Below are positions 38,447-46,710 of a DNA stretch of 56,871 nucleotides, piece after piece. The notes beneath the pieces are model-generated. The model ran no database searches, had not been told where the DNA came from, and was given only the letters and a program-made list of their open reading frames with translations. The stretch's first letter is position 1. The number at the start of each line of letters is the position of its first letter. The stretch comes from Porticoccaceae bacterium (GTDB lineage Bacteria > Pseudomonadota > Gammaproteobacteria > Pseudomonadales > Porticoccaceae), in NCBI GenBank assembly GCA_036275455.1, contig DASUDS010000015.1:1-56871 (forward strand), read 5' to 3'. Made by a program: the position numbers and the translations under genes.

Positions 38447-38518
38447 TTCTCACACCAAAAGCGATTCCCACACCAAAAGCGATTCCCGCACCGAAATCGC
38501 TGCCCGTACCGAAATCGA
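38375..38518 (+). repeat. two adjacent 18-nt in-frame tandem arrays across the lipA stop and the DUF1244 start
   Basis: First array: attggccgcaacgaggac / atcgcctgcaacgaggac / attggctgcaacgaggag / cccattcatggccacTGA. Second array: ttctcacaccaaaagcga / ttcccacaccaaaagcga / ttcccgcaccgaaatcgc / tgcccgtaccgaaatcga. Confidence 0.9.
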
Positions 38519-38786
38519 GGCTGCGGTGTTTCGCCGCCTGCTGGCGCATCTGGACGGGCGCAAGGACGTGCAGAATATCGAGCTGATGAATCTCGCCGGG
38601 TTCTGCCGCAACTGCCTGGCGAAATGGTATGTGGCGGCCGCGGCCGAGCGTGGCGAAACCATCGACTACGAACGGGCGCGCGAGCGGGTCTACGGGCAGC
38701 CCTACGAGGCCTGGAAGGCCAAGCATCAGCGCGAGGCCACGCCCGAACAGTTGGCACGGTTCAATGAGGGCGGCCAGCAGCGCTAG
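38436..38786 (+). CDS. DUF1244 domain-containing protein (with repeat-encoded N-terminus)
   Basis: The N-terminus [30 protein letters not shown] is followed by the conserved core [35 protein letters not shown]... The ATG at 38436 overlaps the end of lipA. Confidence 0.78.
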   Translation: MATDSHTKSDSHTKSDSRTEIAARTEIEAAVFRRLLAHLDGRKDVQNIELMNLAGFCRNCLAKWYVAAAAERGETIDYERARERVYGQPYEAWKAKHQREATPEQLARFNEGGQQR

Positions 38787-38868
38787 GCCGGGTGCGCCGT
38801 AGCGCGAGGCGGGATACGCGCCAGCGCCGGGACGCGGAGCCGGGCGCTCAGCAGATGAGGGGGGCTTC

Positions 38869-41313
38869 ATGGATCACCAGCCGTTGTCGCTGGAGCAGCT
38901 GCCGCGCTGTTGCGCCGAGGCTGAATTCGATTTCACGACCACCGACGATCTGGAACCGCTGACCGAGATCATCGGCCAGGATCGCGCCATCGAGGCGATC
39001 CGCTTCGGCCTTGGCATGGTCCACCAGGGCTACAACCTGTTCGTGCTCGGTCCGCCCGGGGTCGGCAAGTTCACCGCCATCAACCAGTACCTGACCGAGG
39101 CTGCCCGGCGCGGCCCCATCCCCGGCGACTGGTGCTACGTCAACAATTTCGCCGACGATTCCAGGCCGATCCTGCTGGCGTTGCCCGCGGGGCGCGGCAG
39201 CCTGCTGCACGACGACATGCAGCGCCTGATCGACGACCTGAAGAACGCCATTCCCCAGGCCTTCGACAGCGATCACTACAAGGCTCGCGCGCAGCAGATC
39301 GAGGCGGAGTTCCAGGGCCGCCAGGAGCGCGCCTTCCAGGAAATCCACGACGCCGCGGCGCACGACAACATCCGCGTCTACCAGAATGCCGGCGAAATCA
39401 CGCTGGTGCCGATGGTCGACGGCGCGGATCTGGAGCCGGAAGCCTTCCAGAAACTGCCCGAAGCCCAGCGCAAGCAACTCGAAGACGCGGTGGTCGAGAT
39501 CCGCCGCCAGTTGCAGGAGGTCTTTCAGCGCCGCATGCCGGCCTGGCGCAAGGAGGCGCGCGAGTGGTTCCGCGCGCTCAATCACGAAGTCACCCGCGAG
39601 GCGGTGGGGCTCTACATGGAGAGCCTGAGTCGCCACTACGCGGATTTGCCCCAGGTGCTCGAGTATCTCAACGGCGTGCAGAAAGACATCATCGCGCACG
39701 CCGAACTGTTCCGGCCGCAGGAGGCCCAGGCGCAGTTTCTGCCCATGGTCGACGATGCCCTGCATCGCTACCGGGTGAATCTGGTGCTCGACCACAGCCA
39801 GAGCATCGGGCGGCCGGTGATCTACGAGGATCATCCCAGTTACGCCAATCTGGTCGGGCGCATCGAACACCGTGCGGTGATGGGCGCGCTGCTCACCAAC
39901 TTCACCCTGATCAAGCCCGGCGCGCTGCACCGCGCCAACGGCGGCTACCTGATTCTGGATGCGCGCAAGCTGCTCGGGCAGCCGTTCGCCTGGGAGGCGC
40001 TCAAGCAGGCGCTCGGCAAGCGCGAGCTGCGCCTGGAATCACTGGAGCAGGTGCTGAGCTTCGCCACCACCACCTCGATCGAGCCGCAACCGATGCCGCT
40101 CGACGTCAAGATCGTGCTGCTCGGCGAGCGTTGGCTCTATTACCTGCTCCACGCCCATGACCCGGATTTTGCCGAGCTGTTCAAGGTCGCGGCCGACTTC
40201 GAGACCGGGCTCCCGCGTTCCCCGCAGAACGATCTGCTCTACGCGCGCATGATCGCGACGCAGGTTCGCGAGCGCGACCTTGCGCCCTTCGATCGCGCCG
40301 CGGTCTCGGCGGTCATCCAGCACAGCATGCGCCTGGAGGCGGATGCGCTGAAGCTTTCCACCCACATGCGCAGCGTCGCCGATCTGCTGGTCGAGGCCCA
40401 TTACTGGGCCGGGCAGAGCGGGCACGCCACGGTCACCGCAGCGGACGTGCGCCAGGCGATCCGTGCCCAGATCGATCGCCTCGACCGGGTCCGCGATCGC
40501 AGCTACGAGCACATCCTCCGCGATGCGGTGATGATCGACACCCAGGGCGCGGTGGTCGGCCAGGTGAACGGGCTCTCGGTGCTCCAGGTCGGCAACTTCA
40601 GCTTCGGGCAGCCATCGCGCATCACCGCCACCGCCCGCTTGGGCGACGGTCGGGTGATCGACATCGAGCGCGAAACCGAGATGGGGGGCCCAATCCACAG
40701 CAAGGGCGTGTTCATCCTGTCCAGCTTTCTTGGCGCCCGCTACGGCCAGACCCAGCCGCTCGCGCTCACCGCGAGCCTGACCTTCGAACAATCCTATGGC
40801 GGCGTGGAAGGCGACAGCGCCTCCATGGCCGAACTCTGTGCGCTGCTGTCCTCGCTGAGCCAGGCGCCCATCCGCCAGTGCCTGGCCATGACCGGCTCGG
40901 TGAACCAGCTCGGCCGCGCCCAGGTCATCGGCGGGGTGAGCGAGAAGGTCGAGGGTTTCTTCGACATCTGCAAGGCGCGGGGGCTGACCGGGGAGCAGGG
41001 CGTGCTGATTCCCAGGGCCAACGTGGTCAACCTGATCCTGCGCCAGGAGGTGCTGGATGCGGTCGGTGCTGGGCAGTTCCATCTGTACGCCATCGAGGAT
41101 GTCGATCAGGCCATCGAAATCCTCACTGGCCTCAGTGCCGGCACGCCGGATGCCGAAGGCAACTATCCCGCAGACAGCCTCAACGGCCGGGTGCAGGCGC
41201 GCTTGCGCCGCTTTGCCGAGCTGCGCCGCGACTTCGGCCGCAACGACGGCAGGGAAGTGAACCAGGCCGGCACCCGCAAGGCGGAGCCGGTGCCGCCGCC
41301 GGCGTTGCCCTGA
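38869..41313 (+). CDS. Lon-like (LonC/LonB-type) AAA+ protease family protein with inserted coiled-coil domain
   Basis: 814 aa. It has a Walker A (LFVLGPPGVGKF), a long helical insertion, a second AAA+ half and a C-terminal Lon proteolytic domain (...GVEGDSASMAELCALLSSLS...MTGSVNQLGRAQVIGGVSEKVEGFF...) with the Ser-Lys dyad context. Confidence 0.82.
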   Translation: MDHQPLSLEQLPRCCAEAEFDFTTTDDLEPLTEIIGQDRAIEAIRFGLGMVHQGYNLFVLGPPGVGKFTAINQYLTEAARRGPIPGDWCYVNNFADDSRPILLALPAGRGSLLHDDMQRLIDDLKNAIPQAFDSDHYKARAQQIEAEFQGRQERAFQEIHDAAAHDNIRVYQNAGEITLVPMVDGADLEPEAFQKLPEAQRKQLEDAVVEIRRQLQEVFQRRMPAWRKEAREWFRALNHEVTREAVGLYMESLSRHYADLPQVLEYLNGVQKDIIAHAELFRPQEAQAQFLPMVDDALHRYRVNLVLDHSQSIGRPVIYEDHPSYANLVGRIEHRAVMGALLTNFTLIKPGALHRANGGYLILDARKLLGQPFAWEALKQALGKRELRLESLEQVLSFATTTSIEPQPMPLDVKIVLLGERWLYYLLHAHDPDFAELFKVAADFETGLPRSPQNDLLYARMIATQVRERDLAPFDRAAVSAVIQHSMRLEADALKLSTHMRSVADLLVEAHYWAGQSGHATVTAADVRQAIRAQIDRLDRVRDRSYEHILRDAVMIDTQGAVVGQVNGLSVLQVGNFSFGQPSRITATARLGDGRVIDIERETEMGGPIHSKGVFILSSFLGARYGQTQPLALTASLTFEQSYGGVEGDSASMAELCALLSSLSQAPIRQCLAMTGSVNQLGRAQVIGGVSEKVEGFFDICKARGLTGEQGVLIPRANVVNLILRQEVLDAVGAGQFHLYAIEDVDQAIEILTGLSAGTPDAEGNYPADSLNGRVQARLRRFAELRRDFGRNDGREVNQAGTRKAEPVPPPALP

Positions 41314-41320
41314 GGCGGCT

Positions 41321-42007
41321 TCAGCAGGCGGCGTCGAAGCCGAGAAAGCGGGCGAAGCCGGCCACCGGTTCGCGCGCAAGATCGAACCGGTTGGCGGGGT
41401 GATCCGGATCCCGATGGCCCAGCGCCATGCCGTTGTAGACGTGGAATTCCGGGTCGATGTCCAGTACCTCGTGGACCGCTGGCGCCACGTCCTGCCAGAA
41501 ACCCTGAGCGCAGGTATCGAGCCCGAATTCGCGCGCGGCGAGCATCACATGTGCCATGAACATGCCCAGGTCGCCGAGCTGCCCGGGCAGCAGCGAGCGG
41601 TGGATGCTGAAGAACAGGCCCACCGGCGCATCGAAGAAATCGAAATTGCGCAACAGCTGCTGCTCGCGCGCGGGTTTGTCGCGCCGATCGATGCCGAGCG
41701 CAGCATAGAGCGCCATGCCGCAATCGAAGCGGCGTTGCCTGTAGGGCTTCACGAACCCGGCCGGATCGCCGCGCAAGGGGTGCGGGTTGCTGCCCACCGG
41801 ATGCTCCTGCGCCCAGGCGAGTGCGCGTGCGATCAGCCGCTCGCGCACCGTGCCGGTGACCACATGCACCTGCCAGGGCTGCATGTTGCTGCCGGACGGA
41901 CAGTGGCGCGCCACCTCCAGGATGCGTGCGACGGTGGCGCGAGGCACCGGCGTGGGCAGGAAGGCGCGGATCGAGCGGCGGCTGGCGATCGCCTCGATCA
42001 GTTCCAT
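41321..42007 (-). CDS. nitroreductase-family protein
   Basis: MELIEAIASRRSIRAFLPTPVPRATVARILEVARHCPSGSNMQPWQVHVV is the classic nitroreductase N-terminus. Confidence 0.9.
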   Translation of the reverse strand: MELIEAIASRRSIRAFLPTPVPRATVARILEVARHCPSGSNMQPWQVHVVTGTVRERLIARALAWAQEHPVGSNPHPLRGDPAGFVKPYRQRRFDCGMALYAALGIDRRDKPAREQQLLRNFDFFDAPVGLFFSIHRSLLPGQLGDLGMFMAHVMLAAREFGLDTCAQGFWQDVAPAVHEVLDIDPEFHVYNGMALGHRDPDHPANRFDLAREPVAGFARFLGFDAAC

Positions 42008-42010
42008 GGC

Positions 42011-42688
42011 TCAGCGCGCCCGGATGGTGTCGATGCCGCCGGGGCGGGCCAGCAGCAGCACATCCGCCGGGCGCAGGGCGAACAGGCCGTTGCAGACCAC
42101 GCCGGCGATGTTGTTGAGGCGCTCCTCCAGCGCCCGCGCCGGCGCGATCGGATGCAGCCCGTGGGCGTCGATCAGCAGGTTGCCGTTGTCGGTGACCACG
42201 CCCTGGCGCCACTCGGGATGGGCGCCCAGCGCGCGCAGCTGGCGGCCGACGTGGCTGCGCGCCATGGGAATCACTTCCACGGGCAGCGGAAACTTGCCCA
42301 GGTGATCGACCCATTTGGATTGATCGGCGATGCACACGAACTCGCGCGCCACCGCGGCGACGATCTTCTCCCGGGTGAGCGCGCCGCCGCCGCCCTTGAT
42401 CATCTCCAGCGCCGGATTGATCTCGTCGGCGCCGTCCACATAGATGGCCACCTCGGCGACGCTGTTGAGATCGACCACCGGGATCTGGTGCTGGCGCAAC
42501 AGCTTGGCGGAAGCTTCGGAACTGGCCACGGCGGCGCCGATGCGGCCCCGGTGCGGTGCCAGCAAGGCGATGAACTGATTGACCGTGGAGCCGGTGCCGA
42601 TCCCGATCACGGCATCGTTGCCGGTTCTGGCGAGGCAGTAATCGAGCGCCGCCCGCGCGGCCGCCTGCTTGAGTTGTTCCGCGCCCAT
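42011..42688 (-). CDS. rpiA: ribose-5-phosphate isomerase A
   Basis: ...[14 protein letters not shown]...[29 protein letters not shown]...PVEVIPMA... are RpiA motifs. Confidence 0.93.
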   Translation of the reverse strand: MGAEQLKQAAARAALDYCLARTGNDAVIGIGTGSTVNQFIALLAPHRGRIGAAVASSEASAKLLRQHQIPVVDLNSVAEVAIYVDGADEINPALEMIKGGGGALTREKIVAAVAREFVCIADQSKWVDHLGKFPLPVEVIPMARSHVGRQLRALGAHPEWRQGVVTDNGNLLIDAHGLHPIAPARALEERLNNIAGVVCNGLFALRPADVLLLARPGGIDTIRAR

Positions 42689-42784
42689 GAACCGATCTCC
42701 GCCGTGACGGGCCGATTATAAGCTGCCGCCGCCATAGCGACGGCGGCGCTGCGTTACCATGGCGCCTCGCCGCGAGGGGCTGCC

Positions 42785-44296
42785 ATGAGCAGGGAATACC
42801 TGAAGAAGATTCTCGATGCCCGGATCTACGATCTGGTGGAGCAGACGCCGCTCGACGAGGCGCCGCTGCTGTCGTCGCGGATCGGCAACCGGGTGCTGCT
42901 CAAGCGCGAGGATCTGCAACCGGTGTTCTCCTTCAAGCTGCGCGGCGCCTACAACAAGCTCCTGCAACTGTCGGCCGACGAGCGCGCCGCCGGTGTGGTG
43001 GCTGCCTCGGCGGGCAATCACGCCCAGGGGTTGGCGCTCGCCGCCACCCGCATGGGCATCAAGGCCACCATTCTGATGCCGCGCACCACGCCACAGATCA
43101 AGGTCGATGCGGTGCGCAGCCGCGGGGTGCGGGTGATCCTGCACGGCGATACCTACGACGAGGCTGCCGAATACGCCCAGCGCCTGGTCGCCGAGCGCGG
43201 CATGATCTATGTACATCCCTTCGACGACCCCGACGTGATCGCCGGGCAGGGCACCGTGGGCGTGGAAATCCTGCGCCAGCATCCCGGGCCGCTCGACGCG
43301 CTGTTCGTGCCGGTCGGCGGCGGCGGCCTGTGCGCCGGCATCGCCACCTATGTGAAGTACGTGCGGCCGGAGATCGCCATCTACGGCGTGGAGGCCGAAG
43401 ATTCCGCCTGCCTGGCGGCGGCGATGGCGGCGGGCCGCCGGGTGCGGCTCAAGGAAGTCGGGCTGTTCGCCGACGGCACCGCGGTGGCCCAGGTGGGCAA
43501 GGAGACCTTCCGCCTGCTCAAGGGCAGCATCGACGGTGTGATCACCGTGTCGGTGGACGAGATCTGCGCGGCGATCAAGGACATCTACGACGATACCCGC
43601 TCGATCGCCGAACCGGCGGGCGCGCTCGCCGTGGCCGGGCTCAAGAAATACGCGGCCCGCGGCCGCCATCGCGAGCAGACGCTGGTGGCCATCGACAGCG
43701 GCGCCAACATCAACTTCGACCGCCTGCGCTACATCGCCGAGCGCACCGAGATCGGCGAGCGTCGCGAGGCGGTGCTGGCGATCACCATTCCCGAGCAGCG
43801 CGGCAGCTTCCGCCGCTTCTGCCATGCGCTGAGCCGGCGCAACGTCACCGAATTCAACTACCGTTTCGCCGATGCGCAGGAAGCCCACATCTTCGTCGGC
43901 ATAGCGGTGGCGTCCGATGCCGACCGTGAGCACCTGATCGCCGATCTGCGCGAGCGCGGCTATCGGGTCACCGACATGACCGACAACGAAATGGCCAAGC
44001 TGCACATCCGCCACATGGTCGGCGGTCGCGCACCGGACATCGCTGACGAAGTCGTGTACCTGTTCGAGTTTCCCGAACGCCCCGGCGCGCTCGCCAAGTT
44101 TCTCGACCGCCTGGGCGGGCGCTGGAACATCTCCATGTTCCACTACCGCAACCACGGCGCCGCCTATGGCCGGGTGCTGGTCGGCATGCAGGTGCCGGTG
44201 GCCGAGCGCGGCGCGGTGCCGGCGTTTCTCGACGGCCTCAACTACCGCTACAGCGAAGCGACCCAAAATCCGGCGTATCGCTTTTTTCTGAGCTGA
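42785..44296 (+). CDS. ilvA: threonine ammonia-lyase, biosynthetic (IlvA)
   Basis: 503 aa. ...LLKREDLQPVFSFKLRGAYNK (PLP Lys)...AASAGNHAQG... plus two C-terminal ACT-like regulatory domains. Confidence 0.93.
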   Translation: MSREYLKKILDARIYDLVEQTPLDEAPLLSSRIGNRVLLKREDLQPVFSFKLRGAYNKLLQLSADERAAGVVAASAGNHAQGLALAATRMGIKATILMPRTTPQIKVDAVRSRGVRVILHGDTYDEAAEYAQRLVAERGMIYVHPFDDPDVIAGQGTVGVEILRQHPGPLDALFVPVGGGGLCAGIATYVKYVRPEIAIYGVEAEDSACLAAAMAAGRRVRLKEVGLFADGTAVAQVGKETFRLLKGSIDGVITVSVDEICAAIKDIYDDTRSIAEPAGALAVAGLKKYAARGRHREQTLVAIDSGANINFDRLRYIAERTEIGERREAVLAITIPEQRGSFRRFCHALSRRNVTEFNYRFADAQEAHIFVGIAVASDADREHLIADLRERGYRVTDMTDNEMAKLHIRHMVGGRAPDIADEVVYLFEFPERPGALAKFLDRLGGRWNISMFHYRNHGAAYGRVLVGMQVPVAERGAVPAFLDGLNYRYSEATQNPAYRFFLS

Positions 44297-44322
44297 GGCT
44301 TCGCCGGGAAGATCCGCCGGGT

Positions 44323-45756
44323 TCAGCGACGATCCACTGGCGACGATGACGGAATGAGCTCGCCCAGGGTGCGGATCTGGATGGCGCCGACCCCGGCGCC
44401 GGCGAGGATGTCCTGCAATACCACCAGCTTGTCTTCGGCCGCGAACTGGCCGCTGGCGGCGAGCAGGGCGCCGGCTTCGGCCAACACCTGTTCTGGTGTT
44501 CCCGGGCGCGTCAGGCAGTAACTCTGCACGTTGCGATTGAGCGCCAGCTGCCGCCGCGTGGCGGCATCGAAGGCGAAGGCGCAGATCAGCGGAGTCTGCG
44601 GGTGGCAGTTGGTCACATAGCTGGCCATGCGCCCGCTGCGCGTGGGCACGATGATGGCGCGCGCGCCGATGGATTCGGCCAGCCGCACCGCGGCGGCGGC
44701 GACCTGCTGCTTGTCGTTGCCGAGCACCAGTTCATCGGTGAAACGCAGCCCGCGGCTGTTTTCGATGGAGCGGGCGATGCGGTCGAGCATCTCCACGCAG
44801 CGCACGGGGTACTTGCCCACCGTGGTCTCGCCCGAGAGCATGATGGCGTCCGCCTCCTCGTACACCGCATTGGCGACGTCGGTGACTTCGGCACGGGTCG
44901 GCGTCGGATTCTCGATCATGGATTCGAGCATGTGGGTGGCGACGATGACCCTTTTGCCCTGCACCGCGCACAGGCGCACGATGCGCCGCTGCACCCGCGG
45001 CAGCAGCTCGATGGGAATTTCGACGCCGAGATCGCCGCGCGCGACCATGACGCCGTCGGCGGCTGCGATGATCGCTTCGAGGTGGGTGAGTGCTTCCTGA
45101 TTCTCGATCTTGGCGATGAGTTTGATGTTGCAATCGGCGCCGAGCAGTTCGCGCGCCTGGGCGATGTCCGCGGCACTGCGCACGAACGACAGGGCGATGA
45201 AATCGGCGCCCAGCTCGCGGGCGAAGACGATGTCCCGCTTGTCCTTTTCGGTGATGCCCGGCAGGTTGACGCGGATGCCGGGCAGATTGACGTGGCGTTT
45301 GCTCTTTAGTACGCCGCCGTCGGTGACGCGACAGCGCATGGCGCGTTTGCCCTTGCTCAATACTTCGAGATTGATCAGGCCGTTGTCCAGGGTGATCTTG
45401 TCGCCGACCCCGACATCGGTGATCAGATCGGCGTAGTTCACCTGGATCGAGGTGGTTTCGACGTCGGTCTCGCCGAGCGGCACCACGGTGATTTCGTCGC
45501 CGTCGTGCAGGTTCAGATCCTGGGCCAGATCGCCGGTGCGGATTTCCGGGCCCTGGGTGTCCACCAGGATGGCGACGGGATGCTCGCGCCGCGCGTTGAG
45601 CTCCTGGATGCGGCGGATTACCAGGCCGTGGGAGGCGTGGTCGCCGTGCGACAGATTGAGCCGCGCCAGATTCATCCCGGCGGCGGCGAGTTTGTCCAGC
45701 ATGTCCGCCGATTCGGTCGCCGGGCCGATGGTGCAGATGATCTTGGTCTTACGCAT
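44323..45756 (-). CDS. pyk: pyruvate kinase
   Basis: MRKTKIICTIGPATESADMLDKLAAAGMNLARLNLSHGDH...MVARGDLGVEIP...MLESMIENPTPTRAEVTDVANAV is canonical. The 26-codon N-terminal extension in the ORF track (MSPHPTFSPHPTF...) is the upstream repeat read in another frame. Confidence 0.93.
   Translation of the reverse strand: MRKTKIICTIGPATESADMLDKLAAAGMNLARLNLSHGDHASHGLVIRRIQELNARREHPVAILVDTQGPEIRTGDLAQDLNLHDGDEITVVPLGETDVETTSIQVNYADLITDVGVGDKITLDNGLINLEVLSKGKRAMRCRVTDGGVLKSKRHVNLPGIRVNLPGITEKDKRDIVFARELGADFIALSFVRSAADIAQARELLGADCNIKLIAKIENQEALTHLEAIIAAADGVMVARGDLGVEIPIELLPRVQRRIVRLCAVQGKRVIVATHMLESMIENPTPTRAEVTDVANAVYEEADAIMLSGETTVGKYPVRCVEMLDRIARSIENSRGLRFTDELVLGNDKQQVAAAAVRLAESIGARAIIVPTRSGRMASYVTNCHPQTPLICAFAFDAATRRQLALNRNVQSYCLTRPGTPEQVLAEAGALLAASGQFAAEDKLVVLQDILAGAGVGAIQIRTLGELIPSSSPVDRR
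45253..45294. repeat. 21-nt x2 in-frame tandem repeat inside pyk
   Basis: gatgcccggcaggttgacgcg / gatgcccggcagattgacgtg (19/21 identical) encodes VNLPGIR-VNLPGIT on the minus strand. Confidence 0.8.
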
Positions 45757-46426
45757 GGTGCTGGCTCCGCGCGGTGAGGGAGACGCGTGCGGTGAGAAAG
45801 TTGGATGCGGTGAGAAAGTTGGATGCGGTGACAAGGGCGCGTTCGGTGGCGATGCCGTCGAGCGGTACGTCCCAGGGCGCGGCCGCGAGCTGGGGCACCT
45901 GCTGGAAGGCGTGGGCCAGCCCGATCAGCCGTGGGTGGCGGCGCCCGCGGCGGCGAAATGCCAGCGCACGATCGTAGAATCCGGCGCCCTGGCCAAGGCG
46001 ATTGCCGGCGGCATCGAAGGCGACCAGGGGCACCAGGATCAGATCCAGGCTCCAGGTCGGCACCGGGCGGCGCAGCAGGGGTTCGGCAATGCCGAAGTGG
46101 TTGCGCACCAGCGGTTCGCCTTCGCGCCAGGCGACGAAATGCAGGCGGTTGTGCCCGAGAGGATGCAGCACCGGGAGAAAGCAGCGTTTGCCGAGTCGTT
46201 CGGCGCGGCGGCGCAAAGGTGCCGGATCGATTTCGCCGCCATGGGCGAGATAGAAGCCGATGCGGCGCGCGCGGCGAAAGGCCGGCAGCGCGGCCACCAC
46301 GGTGTCCAGCGCGGCGCTGGCCGCGGCCTGCTGGCTCGGGCTGAGGGCGCGGCGCCTGGCGCGCAGCGCGCGGCGCAACTGGCCTGCATCTGTGGTTTGA
46401 CGTGGTGGCGTGCCGGAACCGGTCAT
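45749..46426 (-). CDS. ygfA: 5-formyltetrahydrofolate cyclo-ligase (with repeat-encoded C-terminal tail)
   Basis: ...RIGFYLAHGGEIDPAPL...CFLPVL...FGIAEP...LDLILVPLVAFDAAGNRLGQGAGFYDR...DVPLDGIATE... are 5-FCL motifs. Its position downstream of ssrS is as in E. coli. The tail ...VTASNFLTASNFLTARVSLTARSQHHA overlaps the pyk ATG by 8 nt. Confidence 0.88.
   Translation of the reverse strand: MTGSGTPPRQTTDAGQLRRALRARRRALSPSQQAAASAALDTVVAALPAFRRARRIGFYLAHGGEIDPAPLRRRAERLGKRCFLPVLHPLGHNRLHFVAWREGEPLVRNHFGIAEPLLRRPVPTWSLDLILVPLVAFDAAGNRLGQGAGFYDRALAFRRRGRRHPRLIGLAHAFQQVPQLAAAPWDVPLDGIATERALVTASNFLTASNFLTARVSLTARSQHHA
45770..45841. repeat. 18-nt x4 tandem repeat at the 5-FCL 3' end / pyk 5' leader
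   Basis: gcgcggtgagggagacgcg / tgcggtgagaaagttgga / tgcggtgagaaagttgga / tgcggtgacaagggcgcg. The two central copies are identical. Confidence 0.88.
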
Positions 46427-46487
46427 GCTCGGTGTCGGATGTGCCGGCGCACGGTCCGGTTGGGGATGGTGGCGCGCCGGTGTAATT

Positions 46488-46660
46488 GGACCCCGGAGAT
46501 GCCGCTGTCGAGGTGACCTTGAACCGAAAGTTCAAGGCGGGATTCCCGGTTGGGCTTCAGGCTTTCCGTCATGCGGACATGCTCAACGGCCCGGAATGAG
46601 AACCCCATGACAGAGATATCGGCTAAGGACGTGATCGACTGGCGAACACCCCAGGGCGAG
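46488..46660 (-). ncRNA. ssrS: 6S RNA
   Basis: The minus strand reads ...CCCUGGGGUGUUCGCCAGUCGAUCACGUCCUUAGCCGAUAUCUCUGUCAUGG...GAGCAUGUCCGCAUGACGGAAAGCCUGAAGCC...CGCCUUGAACUUUCGGUUCAAGGUCACCUCGACAGCGGCAUCUCCGGGG. It aligns segment by segment with the E. coli 6S RNA I remember (GAGCAUGCUCGG..., CACCUUGAACCAAGGGUUCAAGG, GCGGCAUCUCGGAG). It sits between zapA and the 5-FCL gene, as in E. coli. The ends are approximate, within about 5 nt. Confidence 0.8.
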
Positions 46661-46663
46661 CCC

Positions 46664-46669
46664 ATTATA
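46664..46669 (-). promoter_or_regulatory. candidate -10 box (TATAAT) for ssrS
   Basis: A perfect TATAAT on the minus strand lies about 6-8 nt upstream of where the 6S closing stem begins. The -35 region is poor (tgtccc). Confidence 0.4.
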
Positions 46670-46710
46670 GTGCGCGTTCCCGGTCGGGGACAGGACGGCG
46701 CGTGCGCCGG

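Noticed and set aside
36433-38802. The shared 14-mer gccgggtgcgccgt after the dac gene (36433) and after the DUF1244 gene (38789).
   Set aside because: A rough estimate for a 57-kb, roughly 67% GC sequence allows tens of chance 14-mer matches. There is no flanking similarity or secondary structure.
38869-41313. The Lon-like protease as BrxL of a BREX defence system.
   Set aside because: No brxA/B/C, pglX, pglZ or other defence genes flank it. Its neighbours are lipA, a DUF1244 gene, a nitroreductase gene and rpiA. The architecture, with a coiled-coil insertion, fits LonC-like housekeeping paralogues better.
44323-45834. The long form of pyruvate kinase starting MSPHPTFSPHPTFSPH (ORF-track start 45834).
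   Set aside because: The extension is the 18-nt repeat read in a second frame, and it overlaps the 5-FCL coding tail. Canonical PK N-termini begin at MRKTKIICTIGP, which corresponds to the ATG at 45756.
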